Positions 1-10,011 of a stretch of 64,000 nucleotides of DNA are shown here, in pieces (position 1 is the first letter of the stretch; each line of letters starts with the position of its first letter). The notes below the pieces were generated by a model. The model searched no databases. It had not been told where the DNA came from and saw only the letters and a list, made by a program, of their open reading frames with translations. The position numbers and the translations under genes were made by a program. This DNA comes from Bacteroidia bacterium (GTDB lineage Bacteria > Bacteroidota > Bacteroidia > CAIKAF01), in NCBI GenBank assembly GCA_030427255.1, contig JAUHWY010000005.1, forward strand, positions 23,776 through 87,775. Reading direction: 5' to 3'.

Positions 1-417
1 TGGGCTCCTGACTTAATACACTGCCACGGTTGGATGACCTCACTGGTTGGAGTGTATCTTAAGAACCTTTACCAAAACGAGCCGGTATTCCAAAACACCA
101 AAGTCGTGCAAAGCCTTTATGCAACCGATGCATTTAGCAAGCCACTTAGGGAAAGTTTTCCGGAAAAGGTGCGCATGGAAGATATGACCGAGGAAACCTT
201 TAACCCTGAGGACACCAGTTATGCATCTGTACTAAAAGAGACGCTTAAATATGCCGACGCTCTAGTTGTAGGAGCAGAGCCTTTGGATTCAGAAATGCAA
301 AAACACATTGAGCAATTGAATATTCCTACGGCTACCATAAATCCCGAGGAGGATATTGTTGGTCCGGTGTTGGATTTGTATGAGCAGCTCATAGAAGACT
401 CGGTCCTTGCCGACTGA
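1..417 (+). CDS. glycogen synthase-like glycosyltransferase, C-terminal part (5' end lies outside window)
   Basis: ORF enters from window edge (WAPDLIHCHGWMTSLVGVYLKNLY...). HCH(D/G)W motif and ~270-aa short-form architecture typical of Bacteroidota glycogen synthase family. Followed by DUF4270-like gene as in many Bacteroidota. Confidence 0.45.
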   Translation, partial: WAPDLIHCHGWMTSLVGVYLKNLYQNEPVFQNTKVVQSLYATDAFSKPLRESFPEKVRMEDMTEETFNPEDTSYASVLKETLKYADALVVGAEPLDSEMQKHIEQLNIPTATINPEEDIVGPVLDLYEQLIEDSVLAD

Positions 418-557
418 GTTCATCCTTTGATTTTTTTATGCATCCCCGGGCAAGAAGTCCGGGGATGTTTCGTTTGGTAGCGGAGGCTTGCCTAATTTTG
501 CGTTGATTTGTGCAAAAGAGGCAACCCCTACAAAAGAATTACCCTCTTGTATAACAG

Positions 558-1910
558 ATGATTATTTTTGTGCCCATGCGGCAAAGCCTTATTTCTATTC
601 ATACCATCGTTTGCCTCTCCCTATTGGCACTGTTTTCGTGTAGTGCCGACCAGGACTACGGCACGGGTTTAGTGCCGGCAGACCAATTTTTAAATGGAAC
701 TTTAGTCGACACCTTTGAGATAAAAGCCCGTGTCGTATCTGATGATACCATTCGCATGGATGAAGCCGGTGTGGGTATCCTAGGACAGTCTTACGACCCC
801 GTTTTTGGAAAGTGTAATGCCAGTTTTTACACCAATTTCTCGGTAGCCTCTCCGGTGCTCAGCTATGGGCCTAACCCACAAATAGACTCTGTAGTCTTGG
901 TTTTGCAATACGAAGATTTGTATGGCAACCGTACCAAGTTGTTTGGTTACCAAACCGTGAAAGTATATGAGCTTTTGGACCCTATTCCCGATCCTCCGGC
1001 TGAAGGCTTTACCAATTTTAATACCAATTTTGCTTTAAGCAACCTACCTGTAGGAGAACGGGGGTTTGCCCCGATATTCCCTTTGCAAGGAACAGACGGC
1101 CGCCTTTTCCGAATTCGGCTGGACAATGCGCTTGGCCAACGATTTTTGGACGCAGACAGCCTGAACAACAGCAATGTAGAGGATATTCTCAAGGGGCTTT
1201 ACCTGACCTGTGAAGCTCCGGGGCAGCAGCCGGGCGAAGGTGCCCTCATTAAATTCAATACCAAAGCGGCCGTTTCGGGAGTTTACGTTTACTACAGAAC
1301 AGACAACCAAGCCAATCAATTGGTTCGTACAACCAGCTCCGGCAATGGAAACGTAACCATTAATCAATCGGAATACGATAGAAGTACAGCGCAAGCAGAC
1401 CTACAAAGCAAAATAGACCAAACCGATTTTAATTATCAAAATCAACCGGACCTGTACATTCAACCTTTGCAAGGCCTGAGAATTTTTGTAGAAATTCCCC
1501 ACTTGTTGGAGCTGCAAAAATTGGGGAATATTGTGATAAATCGGGCCGAACTAATGGTTCCAATAAAGTTGGATGCTGCCGAGGACTATCCTTTACCGGC
1601 CACCTTAATTACCTACTATCCAAAACCCAACGGAGACTATGGTTTATTTTCGGACATCAACGGCATTGGAAATACCGGGGTCGATTTATTTTACGACGGA
1701 ATATACCGATCGTCTTTAGGAGGTTACCGCTTTAGGATTACCCAACACGTACAAGACTTACTGTCGGGTGACATTAGTCCGGACCCCGGTTTTTATATTG
1801 ATCACTCCATAACCGGAAAAGACGAAAGCTTTAGCCGGTTGGTGGTTCGAGGGCCATATGACCCGGAAACCCCCATGAAACTTTCCATTATTTACACCCT
1901 AGTAGATTAA
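558..1910 (+). CDS. DUF4270-like lipoprotein
   Basis: 450 aa. N-terminal signal peptide with lipobox-like LALFSCS. Family normally encoded next to glycogen synthase in Bacteroidota. Alternative start M at 576. Confidence 0.5.
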   Translation: MIIFVPMRQSLISIHTIVCLSLLALFSCSADQDYGTGLVPADQFLNGTLVDTFEIKARVVSDDTIRMDEAGVGILGQSYDPVFGKCNASFYTNFSVASPVLSYGPNPQIDSVVLVLQYEDLYGNRTKLFGYQTVKVYELLDPIPDPPAEGFTNFNTNFALSNLPVGERGFAPIFPLQGTDGRLFRIRLDNALGQRFLDADSLNNSNVEDILKGLYLTCEAPGQQPGEGALIKFNTKAAVSGVYVYYRTDNQANQLVRTTSSGNGNVTINQSEYDRSTAQADLQSKIDQTDFNYQNQPDLYIQPLQGLRIFVEIPHLLELQKLGNIVINRAELMVPIKLDAAEDYPLPATLITYYPKPNGDYGLFSDINGIGNTGVDLFYDGIYRSSLGGYRFRITQHVQDLLSGDISPDPGFYIDHSITGKDESFSRLVVRGPYDPETPMKLSIIYTLVD

Positions 1911-1914
1911 GCTT

Positions 1915-3756
1915 ATGTGTGGTATTGTTGGATATGTAGGAAAGCGTGAAGCATTTCCCATTTTAATTAAAGGGCTTCAACGCTTAGAGTATCGAGGGTA
2001 CGACAGTGCAGGTGTTGCCTTGCTTGAGGATAAAACCATCAATTTATACAAGTGCAAAGGAAAGGTTGCCGATTTGCAAGCCTTTACAGAAGGGAAGCCA
2101 ACAAAAGGCAGTCAAGGAATTGGACACACCCGTTGGGCCACCCATGGAGTACCCAACGACACCAATGCTCACCCGCATTATAGTGCCTCAGAAGAGCTAG
2201 TAATTATTCATAATGGCATTATAGAGAACTATAATGTCTTGAAAAAAGGCTTGGAAAAGAGGGGCTATGTTTTTCGGTCGGATACAGACACCGAAGTTCT
2301 GATTTTCCTTATCGAAGACATTCAAAAGCAATTAAAAACCAGCTTGGAAGAGTCGGTTCGATTGGCATTGAATGAAATTGTAGGGGCTTATGCTATTGTG
2401 CTCATGTCCAAACATGAGCCGGGCAAACTTATTGCGGCCAAAAAGGGAAGTCCCTTGGTGATAGGACTAGGAGAGGATGAATACTTTTTGGCCTCGGACG
2501 CCACCCCAATTGTGGAGTATACAAGGGAGGTGGTGTATCTTGAGGATGAAGAAATTGCTGTAGTGGAGCTGGGCAAGGATTTGCGGATGCGTACCATAGC
2601 CGACAAAGAGATTCAGCCTTATATCCAAGAGCTTCAGATTGAGTTGGAGCAATTGGAAAAAGGTGGCTTTGATCACTTCATGCTTAAGGAAATTTACGAG
2701 CAGCCGCGTTCGGTGCGTGACAGCATGCGTGGTCGATTGGATGTGCATACGGGGCGTGTTTCTTTAGGCGGTATTTTGGATTATGAAGCCCGTTTCGCTC
2801 AAGCCAAGCGGGTAATTATTGTAGCTTGTGGCACCAGTTGGCATGCCGGTTTGGTAGGCGAGTACCTTTTTGAAGACTTGGCTCGTATTCCTGTGGAGGT
2901 GGAGTATGCCTCTGAATTCAGGTACCGAAACCCTATTATTCAAGAAGGGGATATTGTAATCGCTATTTCGCAATCGGGAGAAACGGCAGACACTTTGGCG
3001 GCCATACAGCTTGCCCGACAAAAGGGTGCCACCATTATTGGCATCTGCAACGTGGTAGGATCTTCTATTGCAAGAGCCACTCATGCAGGGTCCTATACAC
3101 ACGCAGGACCGGAAATCGGGGTGGCTTCTACCAAAGCCTTTACGGCGCAAGTAACCGTTTTGACCCTAATGGCATTAATGGTAGGCCGTAAAAAAGGAGC
3201 TATTCAGGAAAGCAAGTACCGCGCTTTGCTGAACGAATTGGAAAACATTCCTGAATTGATCGCCCGTGTACTGAAGCAAGATGCAAACGTTCAAGCCATC
3301 AGTCACATTTATCAAAACGCCCGCAACTTTTTGTATTTGGGTAGAGGATATAATTTTCCTGTAGCCTTAGAAGGAGCGCTAAAGCTTAAAGAGATCAGCT
3401 ACATTCACGCGGAAGGCTATCCCGCAGCGGAAATGAAGCATGGTCCCATTGCATTAATTGACGAGGAAATGCCGGTGGTAGTAATTGCCACAAAAGGAGA
3501 CTCGTACGAAAAAATTGTGTCTAATGTGCAGGAGGTAAAGGCACGTGGGGGAAAGATTATTTCCATAGTAACGGAGGGCGATGTAGAAGTAGCGGCAATT
3601 TCAGATCATATCATTGAAATTCCGGAAACTCCTGATCCTATTTCGCCTTTGATTTCGGTGATTCCCTTGCAATTGCTTAGCTACCATATAGCCGTAATGC
3701 GTGGTTGCAATGTAGACCAGCCAAGGAATTTAGCAAAATCGGTTACCGTAGAATAA
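1915..3756 (+). CDS. glmS: glutamine--fructose-6-phosphate aminotransferase (isomerizing)
   Basis: 613 aa. N-terminal MCGIVGY class-II amidotransferase nucleophile. Two SIS domains. C-terminal ...SVTVE. Confidence 0.95.
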   Translation: MCGIVGYVGKREAFPILIKGLQRLEYRGYDSAGVALLEDKTINLYKCKGKVADLQAFTEGKPTKGSQGIGHTRWATHGVPNDTNAHPHYSASEELVIIHNGIIENYNVLKKGLEKRGYVFRSDTDTEVLIFLIEDIQKQLKTSLEESVRLALNEIVGAYAIVLMSKHEPGKLIAAKKGSPLVIGLGEDEYFLASDATPIVEYTREVVYLEDEEIAVVELGKDLRMRTIADKEIQPYIQELQIELEQLEKGGFDHFMLKEIYEQPRSVRDSMRGRLDVHTGRVSLGGILDYEARFAQAKRVIIVACGTSWHAGLVGEYLFEDLARIPVEVEYASEFRYRNPIIQEGDIVIAISQSGETADTLAAIQLARQKGATIIGICNVVGSSIARATHAGSYTHAGPEIGVASTKAFTAQVTVLTLMALMVGRKKGAIQESKYRALLNELENIPELIARVLKQDANVQAISHIYQNARNFLYLGRGYNFPVALEGALKLKEISYIHAEGYPAAEMKHGPIALIDEEMPVVVIATKGDSYEKIVSNVQEVKARGGKIISIVTEGDVEVAAISDHIIEIPETPDPISPLISVIPLQLLSYHIAVMRGCNVDQPRNLAKSVTVE

Positions 3757-3758
3757 AA

Positions 3759-4796
3759 CTAGAGCGATCCTGCCCAAAGCGAAAAGGCTTCCAGTTTTTC
3801 TGAGTTTCGCGACAACCAAGCGGCTGCGTTTTTATTGACCGATTGTAGGATAAAATAGCAAAATGTCTCCATATGGCCGGCCTTTTCCATTTGGGTAAAA
3901 AAGGGCAAATACAAGCCATACCAAGGGTCTTTTTTGTTTTTAGATGCCTTTTCTTGAAGATAGCCATACAGAGATTCGGAGACTTTCACGAACTGCTCTT
4001 CGGAGCTAACCTGCTCCTTTTCTAGGGCCTGAGCGAATCCGAAATGTATACTGAGGTACGGGCCTACTTTTTGGAACTCATTGTCGTGAAAGAGATTTTC
4101 CCTTAAAACTATGGTGATGCTTTTTCCGTCGTTCTCTCTTTTGGGCTGAATAGGGGCGTTTTTCAGGAACAAGGCCCATAGTGCTTCTGCTCCCTGTTTG
4201 GCTCGTGGGCCGGTAGGTTCCAAAAGCAAAAAGTATTGCAGAGCCATAAAGGCTTTTACCTGATTGTTTTTTTGCAGTTCTTGCAGTCCAAGCAGCAAAT
4301 GACCGGAGGGATGGGCGCTGTTGACCATTATTCCCTTTTGCAAATAGTCTATGGATTTATCTATTTCCTCCATTCGAGCGTAGGTCACGCCTAAGTTGAA
4401 GTAGAATAAATAGTTTTCCCCTTTTTTTCGGAGGGCCTTTTTGAGTAATTTGATGGATTCTTGGGCTTTACCGCTATAATCGAGGCAGGAGCTAACGGAT
4501 AGGTATGCTTCGGTATGGTATTCCCCCTTCTTGTTTTGCAACACCCGATTACCGGAAGCAATGCAGCAAGGATAATCGTTCATAGCGGCACAAGTGAGCG
4601 ACTTTTCGTAGTGGAGCAAAGAAGACTCAGGAAACTCTACCAAGAGGCTGTTGTAACGTTCTAAGGCTTCGGTATAGCGGCCTTGATCGTGCCATTCTAT
4701 GGCTTCATAGACTTTAGAAGAGTCTAAGGTTTGAGCCAAGGAATCAGAAATAGAGAAGATTGTTGTAAGAAAGGGAAAGAGAAAAAATAGACGCAT
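3759..4796 (-). CDS. secreted TPR-like repeat protein, function unknown
   Basis: 345 aa. N-terminal signal peptide (MRLFFLFPFLTTIFSISDSLAQ). Helical repeat content (YEKSL..., YFNLGVTYARMEE...). Confidence 0.5.
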   Translation of the reverse strand: MRLFFLFPFLTTIFSISDSLAQTLDSSKVYEAIEWHDQGRYTEALERYNSLLVEFPESSLLHYEKSLTCAAMNDYPCCIASGNRVLQNKKGEYHTEAYLSVSSCLDYSGKAQESIKLLKKALRKKGENYLFYFNLGVTYARMEEIDKSIDYLQKGIMVNSAHPSGHLLLGLQELQKNNQVKAFMALQYFLLLEPTGPRAKQGAEALWALFLKNAPIQPKRENDGKSITIVLRENLFHDNEFQKVGPYLSIHFGFAQALEKEQVSSEEQFVKVSESLYGYLQEKASKNKKDPWYGLYLPFFTQMEKAGHMETFCYFILQSVNKNAAAWLSRNSEKLEAFSLWAGSL

Positions 4797-4859
4797 GGAT
4801 GGTACATTAAAGGTGTGATTGATTCAAATATAAAAAAAATACCACACGGAGCTTAAGGG

Positions 4860-5005
4860 CCAGGGATGGAGGCGGCACCCCGCAACAGGAGGGGGTTTGC
4901 TGTAAGGAGCTTAGGCGCGGCGGAGCGCAGCAAGCCCCGTCTAAGCCCGCCACAGCACCCCCTTCTGTTGTGGAGTATAGCCGAGAGCCCGTTTGGCCCC
5001 CAAAT
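4860..5005. repeat. GC-rich hairpin-forming intergenic element, copy A
   Basis: Nested inverted repeats caacaggagggggt/acccccttctgttg and gcttaggcg/cgtctaagc enclose the conserved loop GGCGGAGCGCAGCAAGCCCC. That loop is shared with copies at 35.2 kb and 42.7 kb. Confidence 0.7.
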
Positions 5006-5115
5006 TAACCCTTATTAAAACCCTAGAAAAGGGATAGCTTGACAGAATCATTACCTTTGTAAGTGAACCCTTTGTGAAAACAGAGGTTGTGTAACTAAAT
5101 AAAAACAACAGAGAT

Positions 5116-5718
5116 ATGGCCTTTGAACTAGCCCCTTTACCTTATGCTTTTGACGCCCTGGAACCGCACATGGATGCGCGTACTATGGAAATTCACCACG
5201 ACAAGCACCATGCGGGATATACCAACAATTTGAATGCTGCGATTGAAGGTACCGCACTGGCTTCTGCCGGTATTGAAGACATTTTGGCGCAGGTTTCTAA
5301 ACATCCTGCCGGCTTGCGTAATAATGCAGGAGGTTATTGGAACCACAATTTATTTTGGAATGTAATGAGTCCCAAAGGCGGTGGTACGCCGGGTGGCGAA
5401 GTTGGCGATGCCATTAAAAAGACTTGGGGAAGCTTTGATGCCTTTAAGGAGGAGTTTTCGACGGCGGCTAAAACCCGCTTTGGGTCCGGGTGGGCTTGGC
5501 TAGTAAAGCAAGACGGAAACTTGGTGGTAACTTCCAGCCCAAACCAAGACAACCCCTTGATGGATGATGCGCCCGTGAAAGGAACGCCTATTTTGGGTCT
5601 TGATGTGTGGGAACATGCTTACTATTTGCATTACCAAAACCGTCGTCCTGATTATGTGGCCGCGTTTTGGAATGTAATTAACTGGGATTATGTAAACGAG
5701 CTTTACAAGAACGCCTAA
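5116..5718 (+). CDS. sod: Fe/Mn-family superoxide dismutase
   Basis: 200 aa. Opens [32 protein letters not shown]. Has DVWEHAYYL metal-binding region. Confidence 0.92.
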   Translation: MAFELAPLPYAFDALEPHMDARTMEIHHDKHHAGYTNNLNAAIEGTALASAGIEDILAQVSKHPAGLRNNAGGYWNHNLFWNVMSPKGGGTPGGEVGDAIKKTWGSFDAFKEEFSTAAKTRFGSGWAWLVKQDGNLVVTSSPNQDNPLMDDAPVKGTPILGLDVWEHAYYLHYQNRRPDYVAAFWNVINWDYVNELYKNA

Positions 5719-5741
5719 TTTTTAGTTGGGATAATTGAAGA

Positions 5742-5769
5742 AACGCCGGTCTACCGGCGTTTTTTTTTG
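5742..5769 (+). terminator. rho-independent terminator of sod
   Basis: Stem aacgccggt/accggcgtt followed by a 9-nt T run. Confidence 0.8.
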
Positions 5770-5802
5770 CCTTAGGGAGAGGTATTTTAAGATATTTGTG
5801 GC

Positions 5803-6561
5803 ATGAAATCGGTGTTTCGGCAAGTTCAAACCCTATTTCCGGGCTTGCACAATGTCCGGTTTGACCTGAAGTTTTGGCGTATGGGGCTAAATGGCAAGCC
5901 ACATGAGCCGGACTTTGCTGCACTTGCAGATTTTGAATTTTCTGCCGAGGAGGTAGCCTTGGATGTAGGCGCAAACCGGGGAGAAGCCCATTGGTCGATG
6001 CGATTGTTTTTGCCCAAAAGCATGGCAATCCATTCCTTTGAGCCCAATCCGCTGGTGGCCAAGCTGCTACAAGACCGTGTAGGTAGGTGGCCGGGAGCTC
6101 TGGTGCACCCTTACGGCTTAGGAGCAACAGTTGGTGAGCGTAATTTGTATGTGCCGTATTACCGCAAATGGATGTTTGACGGACTAGCCTCTTTTGATCA
6201 GGAAGAGGCCGGGAGCTGGCTGCAAAGCAGACTTTGGGGCTACAAGAGCCGTCTCTTTCGGATGGAGGTTGTAAGCTGTCGACAAGAAATGTTGGATGCC
6301 TTGGAACTTCCGGCCGGAATAATAAAGCTAGACGTGCAAGGCTGGGAGCATGAAGTATTGAAAGGTGGCTGGGAAACACTAAAAAAGCACTTGCCTGTAT
6401 TGATGGTTGAAGATTTGCCACGTGCGCTTATTCCTGACCTTGAAGCATTGGGATATGTCTTGTGGTACTGGGAAAAAGGCCTTTGGAAGTCAGGCAGATC
6501 GGAAATAAACACCTTTGCTGTGCCTAAGCATCGTTGGAAAAAGGGGAAGGCTCCCTTTTGA
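5803..6561 (+). CDS. FkbM-family methyltransferase
   Basis: 252 aa. DVGANRGE SAM-binding motif. FEPNP motif typical of FkbM family. Confidence 0.7.
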   Translation: MKSVFRQVQTLFPGLHNVRFDLKFWRMGLNGKPHEPDFAALADFEFSAEEVALDVGANRGEAHWSMRLFLPKSMAIHSFEPNPLVAKLLQDRVGRWPGALVHPYGLGATVGERNLYVPYYRKWMFDGLASFDQEEAGSWLQSRLWGYKSRLFRMEVVSCRQEMLDALELPAGIIKLDVQGWEHEVLKGGWETLKKHLPVLMVEDLPRALIPDLEALGYVLWYWEKGLWKSGRSEINTFAVPKHRWKKGKAPF

Positions 6562-7039
6562 GCCAAATGAGCTTGCCTTCTTTTCGATGCAGGCTTAATC
6601 CTGCTTTTTGAGCCAATTTAAGGGAGGCGGGATTTCCCTGTAACACACAAGCGCAAAGTTCCAATTGCTTGGGCAAAATAGCTCCAACGGTAGTGAGCAA
6701 AAGGCTACCTATGCCTTTTCCCCGAAACTTTGGTGCAACGGTCCAGCTAAGTTCAATAGAGCCATCCGGTCTTTGATCTAAGCGAAAAGAAGCAAGGTCT
6801 TCATTTGCCATGGAGGCAATAAGTAAAAGTCGCGAAGGGTTGTTCAAGGTGTTTTTGAGCCATTGGTGGTGCTTGTCGGGGGCTATTTCTTCTGGGGAGA
6901 TAGACTGTTTTCGGGTTTCGGGGTCGTTGCGCAGGGAAAGAAGCCATGCGGCATCTTTCATTTCTGCTTTTCTAAAAGAAAGTTTTGTGTTGGATCGAGA
7001 GAAAAAAAGCTCTTCTAAATGCTTAGGCAGTGGGTTCAT
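6524..7039 (-). CDS. GNAT N-acetyltransferase, PseH-like
   Basis: 171 aa acetyltransferase fold (RGKGIGSLLL motif). Translationally coupled (17-bp overlap) to the upstream PseG-like gene. Confidence 0.55.
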   Translation of the reverse strand: MNPLPKHLEELFFSRSNTKLSFRKAEMKDAAWLLSLRNDPETRKQSISPEEIAPDKHHQWLKNTLNNPSRLLLIASMANEDLASFRLDQRPDGSIELSWTVAPKFRGKGIGSLLLTTVGAILPKQLELCACVLQGNPASLKLAQKAGLSLHRKEGKLIWLKREPSPFSNDA

Positions 7040-8021
7040 AAGGTATTTTTAACCAGTTTGGGAAGGCTTGCCAAGGTTTAGGCAAAGGGCGAGGAGGGGG
7101 AGAAGACCAATGGTCTAGGCGAGCTAAGGCGCCCAGAAAGTCTTGTGCGGACACCTTTTCCCATGAACCTAACTGTTGCACCCCGGGGAAGTCCTGTAGG
7201 CGTTGTGCGAGCAGGCTTTGGTTTTGAGCCGTGATGCCGGTGAGAAGAGGTACTCCGGCTGCCAAGGCCTCAAGAGCCAAGGTACTGGATGGTACAATAG
7301 CCACGGCAGATGCGCGCATTAAAGAAGCCATGGCATGGGCTGTTTGCTGTGCAAATGCAGCTATTTTGAGGTTAGGAAATCGCTTTGCCACAAAAGCAGC
7401 TTCAGCGGGGTTAGGACAAATTACACGCACAGGCTTTGCATATTCGGATTCGTGCAGCCATTGCAAGCATTTTTGGAGCTGTCCACCGGATGCGGTGCCT
7501 CCGAAACAAAGAAACAGTCCTTCTCCAAATTCGGGAGGGTTGGCAATGAGGGAAGGAAAGGGAGACCTGAGCAGGAGCCACTCTAGGCCCAAAAGCCAAT
7601 GCTTAGGTTTAGGCGTTTCGGCAGGGAAGTCTTTGGGCGTTAAGTTTGGGCAATGGTTTAGCAGGGCAAATGGAGCGAGAGCTTGGTCAGGCAAGTCGTT
7701 GATTTGAATTGTACCCATATCAGCCGCCTTAAGGGCATCAAGGTAGGGCTGATTAAGCCCATAATGATCTATAATGACCCAATCTCCCGGGCTCAACTGG
7801 GGAACCAGAGATCGGGCTGAGTCGAAGCTAAAAGCTTCCGGGACCAGAAGTTGCTGGCTTAGGCCTAGTTTTAAGGCGGCTTCGGCCGAAGAGGCACTTA
7901 GTAAGAAGTGAACTTGCCCATAAGTACCCAAACGGTCTGCAAGTGCCATGCAACGGGCTAGGTGTCCCAACCCAATATGGGCATTGCCGTCTGTCCTCAA
8001 AAAAAACCTTGGTTTTTGCAT
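7023..8021 (-). CDS. UDP-2,4-diacetamido-2,4,6-trideoxy-beta-L-altropyranose hydrolase-like (PseG family, GT28-like)
   Basis: 332 aa. N-terminus FFLRTDGNAHIGLGHLARCMALA is the hallmark of PseG-type proteins of pseudaminic-acid-like pathways. Confidence 0.6.
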   Translation of the reverse strand: MQKPRFFLRTDGNAHIGLGHLARCMALADRLGTYGQVHFLLSASSAEAALKLGLSQQLLVPEAFSFDSARSLVPQLSPGDWVIIDHYGLNQPYLDALKAADMGTIQINDLPDQALAPFALLNHCPNLTPKDFPAETPKPKHWLLGLEWLLLRSPFPSLIANPPEFGEGLFLCFGGTASGGQLQKCLQWLHESEYAKPVRVICPNPAEAAFVAKRFPNLKIAAFAQQTAHAMASLMRASAVAIVPSSTLALEALAAGVPLLTGITAQNQSLLAQRLQDFPGVQQLGSWEKVSAQDFLGALARLDHWSSPPPRPLPKPWQAFPNWLKIPYEPTA

Positions 8022-8063
8022 AAGGCTTAAAAATAGCGAATCCCGTGCATCAAATACAATTGG

Positions 8064-9197
8064 TTAGCGGGCTTTGTCCCACAGCGCCGACTGCTTTCCT
8101 TTGAGGTGCCTAAAGAATCCGACAGGAATGGCAGCATGCATGAGCACAAAATAGAAGGGGGTTTTGAACAGAGCAGGCAAGGCGCGGCTTTTATGGCCCA
8201 GGAATCCAACAAGGGCCAATCCATAAAATGCCATTTGGAGGCAAGCTAAAAGCCCCCAAAAAAAGTGGGAGGTCATAAGGAGTAAGCATAGGGCAAAAAA
8301 GAGCAGGAGTGCCCAAGGGGCAAAAAGCCATCTAAGCAATCGTCTGGAGAAAAACTGGAACCAGGGCAGCGGGTAACGGAAGGGTTTATAAAATAAACGA
8401 AGGCGCGGCATGGATTGAAACGCACCGGCTGCAATTCTGATTTTTCGTTTCCATTCTGCCGCAATGGAAGGGCTAGGGTCTTCGGAAGCCTTGGCTTCTG
8501 CGGCATAGTCAACCCGAAAGCCTTGTTCAATGATTCTAACGGACAGCACAAAATCGTCGAGAATGGCATCTATTTCCAAGTTACGGAACAGGCTTGCCCT
8601 AAAAGCAAAAAGCTCTCCGGCTGCGCCCACTAAGGTATACAATCCGGCGTCCTTGCGTTTTAGCCAGCTTTCGTATTTCCAATAAAGCCCCTCTTGGGCT
8701 TGGGCTTTTCCGGGTTGATTGCGTACCAGTTTTTCTCCTGACACACCACCGACTTTAGGGTTTGAAAAAGGGCGAGCTAGGGCTTTTAAGGCTTGGGGGT
8801 TTAAAGAAGTGTTTGCATCGGTTATTACAAGAATAGGGAATTGAGCAAAAGGAACGGCCCGGTTTATGGCAGCCGCTTTTCCTGCTCTTTGGGGCTTGTG
8901 AAGCACCTGTACTTTTTTGGGCCAGGGCATTGATTCTGACCCATCGTTAGAACCATCCGTTACAAGGAGAATTTGAAGTTTATTGGGAGGGTATTCTAAG
9001 TCAAGGCAGTTTTGAAGTTTTTCATGGAGCCAATTGGCTTCATTGAAGGCGGGGACGATAAGGGTAATGCCCGGCCACTCTTTAGGGTCGGCTATAGGAC
9101 TTTTTTGTTTAAAAAATGAAACACTCCAAGCCAAAAGCCCGTAACCAAGATAGGTGTAGAACAGTAAAACCAACAAAACAATGGCCAGAAGCTCCAT
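8064..9197 (-). CDS. family-2 glycosyltransferase, membrane-bound, probably processive
   Basis: 377 aa. LIVPAFNE, DGSNDGS, DAN and RRLLRW (QxxRW-like) motifs. C-terminal TM helices. Confidence 0.75.
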   Translation of the reverse strand: MELLAIVLLVLLFYTYLGYGLLAWSVSFFKQKSPIADPKEWPGITLIVPAFNEANWLHEKLQNCLDLEYPPNKLQILLVTDGSNDGSESMPWPKKVQVLHKPQRAGKAAAINRAVPFAQFPILVITDANTSLNPQALKALARPFSNPKVGGVSGEKLVRNQPGKAQAQEGLYWKYESWLKRKDAGLYTLVGAAGELFAFRASLFRNLEIDAILDDFVLSVRIIEQGFRVDYAAEAKASEDPSPSIAAEWKRKIRIAAGAFQSMPRLRLFYKPFRYPLPWFQFFSRRLLRWLFAPWALLLFFALCLLLMTSHFFWGLLACLQMAFYGLALVGFLGHKSRALPALFKTPFYFVLMHAAIPVGFFRHLKGKQSALWDKAR

Positions 9198-9255
9198 GGG
9201 TCAAAGGTACGAGTTCGGAGCAAAGGCGGGATATTAGGTTGGTCTGTGTACTTTA

Positions 9256-10011
9256 GTGCAAATTATTGCTTTGAACTACCTGGAAAATTTCGGACGATAT
9301 TGTTTGTTGATGTTCCGTGCCTTTAGGCAACCCGGCCGTAACAGGTTTTTTAGGGAGCAGTTGGTTCGGGAAATAGACAGCTTAGGCGTTGGCTCGGTAG
9401 GCATTATTGCCATCATATCCCTGTTTATGGGAGCTGTAATTGCCATTCAAATGGCGGCCAATATAGAGAGCCCGCTTATTCCTATGTATACGGTGGGCTA
9501 CGCAACAAGGGAGTCGGTAATTTTGGAATTTTCGTCTACGGTAATTGCCTTAATATTGGCAGGGAAAGTAGGCTCAAATATAGCCTCTGAGATTGGCACC
9601 ATGCGGGTTTCTGAGCAAATCGATGCTTTAGAGATTATGGGGGTAAACTCTGCCGGCTATTTGATTTTGCCCAAAATTACGGCGGCTTTACTCATTAACC
9701 CTATTTTGACATTAATGAGTATGTTTTTGGGTGTTTGGGGAGGTTTTTTTGCTTGCACTTTGACCGGATTGCTTGACAGCCCCACTTACATTCAGGGTAT
9801 AACCTTGGACTTTAGGCCCTATCATTTGGTATACTCGCTAATCAAAAGCTTGGTATTTGCCTTTATAATTACCTCTGTTGCCTCTTTTAGAGGGTACTAT
9901 GTGCGAGGAGGAAGTAGAGAAGTAGGCCAAACCAGCACGCGTGCGGTTGTGAACTCGAGTATTAGCATTTTGCTTTGGAACCTCATTTTAACTCGACTGC
10001 TGCTGTTATGA
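9256..10011 (+). CDS. MlaE-like ABC transporter permease
   Basis: 251 aa polytopic membrane protein of the MlaE/Ttg2B family. Overlaps downstream ATPase gene. Confidence 0.8.
   Translation: MQIIALNYLENFGRYCLLMFRAFRQPGRNRFFREQLVREIDSLGVGSVGIIAIISLFMGAVIAIQMAANIESPLIPMYTVGYATRESVILEFSSTVIALILAGKVGSNIASEIGTMRVSEQIDALEIMGVNSAGYLILPKITAALLINPILTLMSMFLGVWGGFFACTLTGLLDSPTYIQGITLDFRPYHLVYSLIKSLVFAFIITSVASFRGYYVRGGSREVGQTSTRAVVNSSISILLWNLILTRLLLL

Noticed and set aside
5678-6421. 247-aa ORF antisense to the FkbM methyltransferase
   Set aside because: No motifs and Pro/Arg-rich. FkbM motifs on the other strand explain the region.
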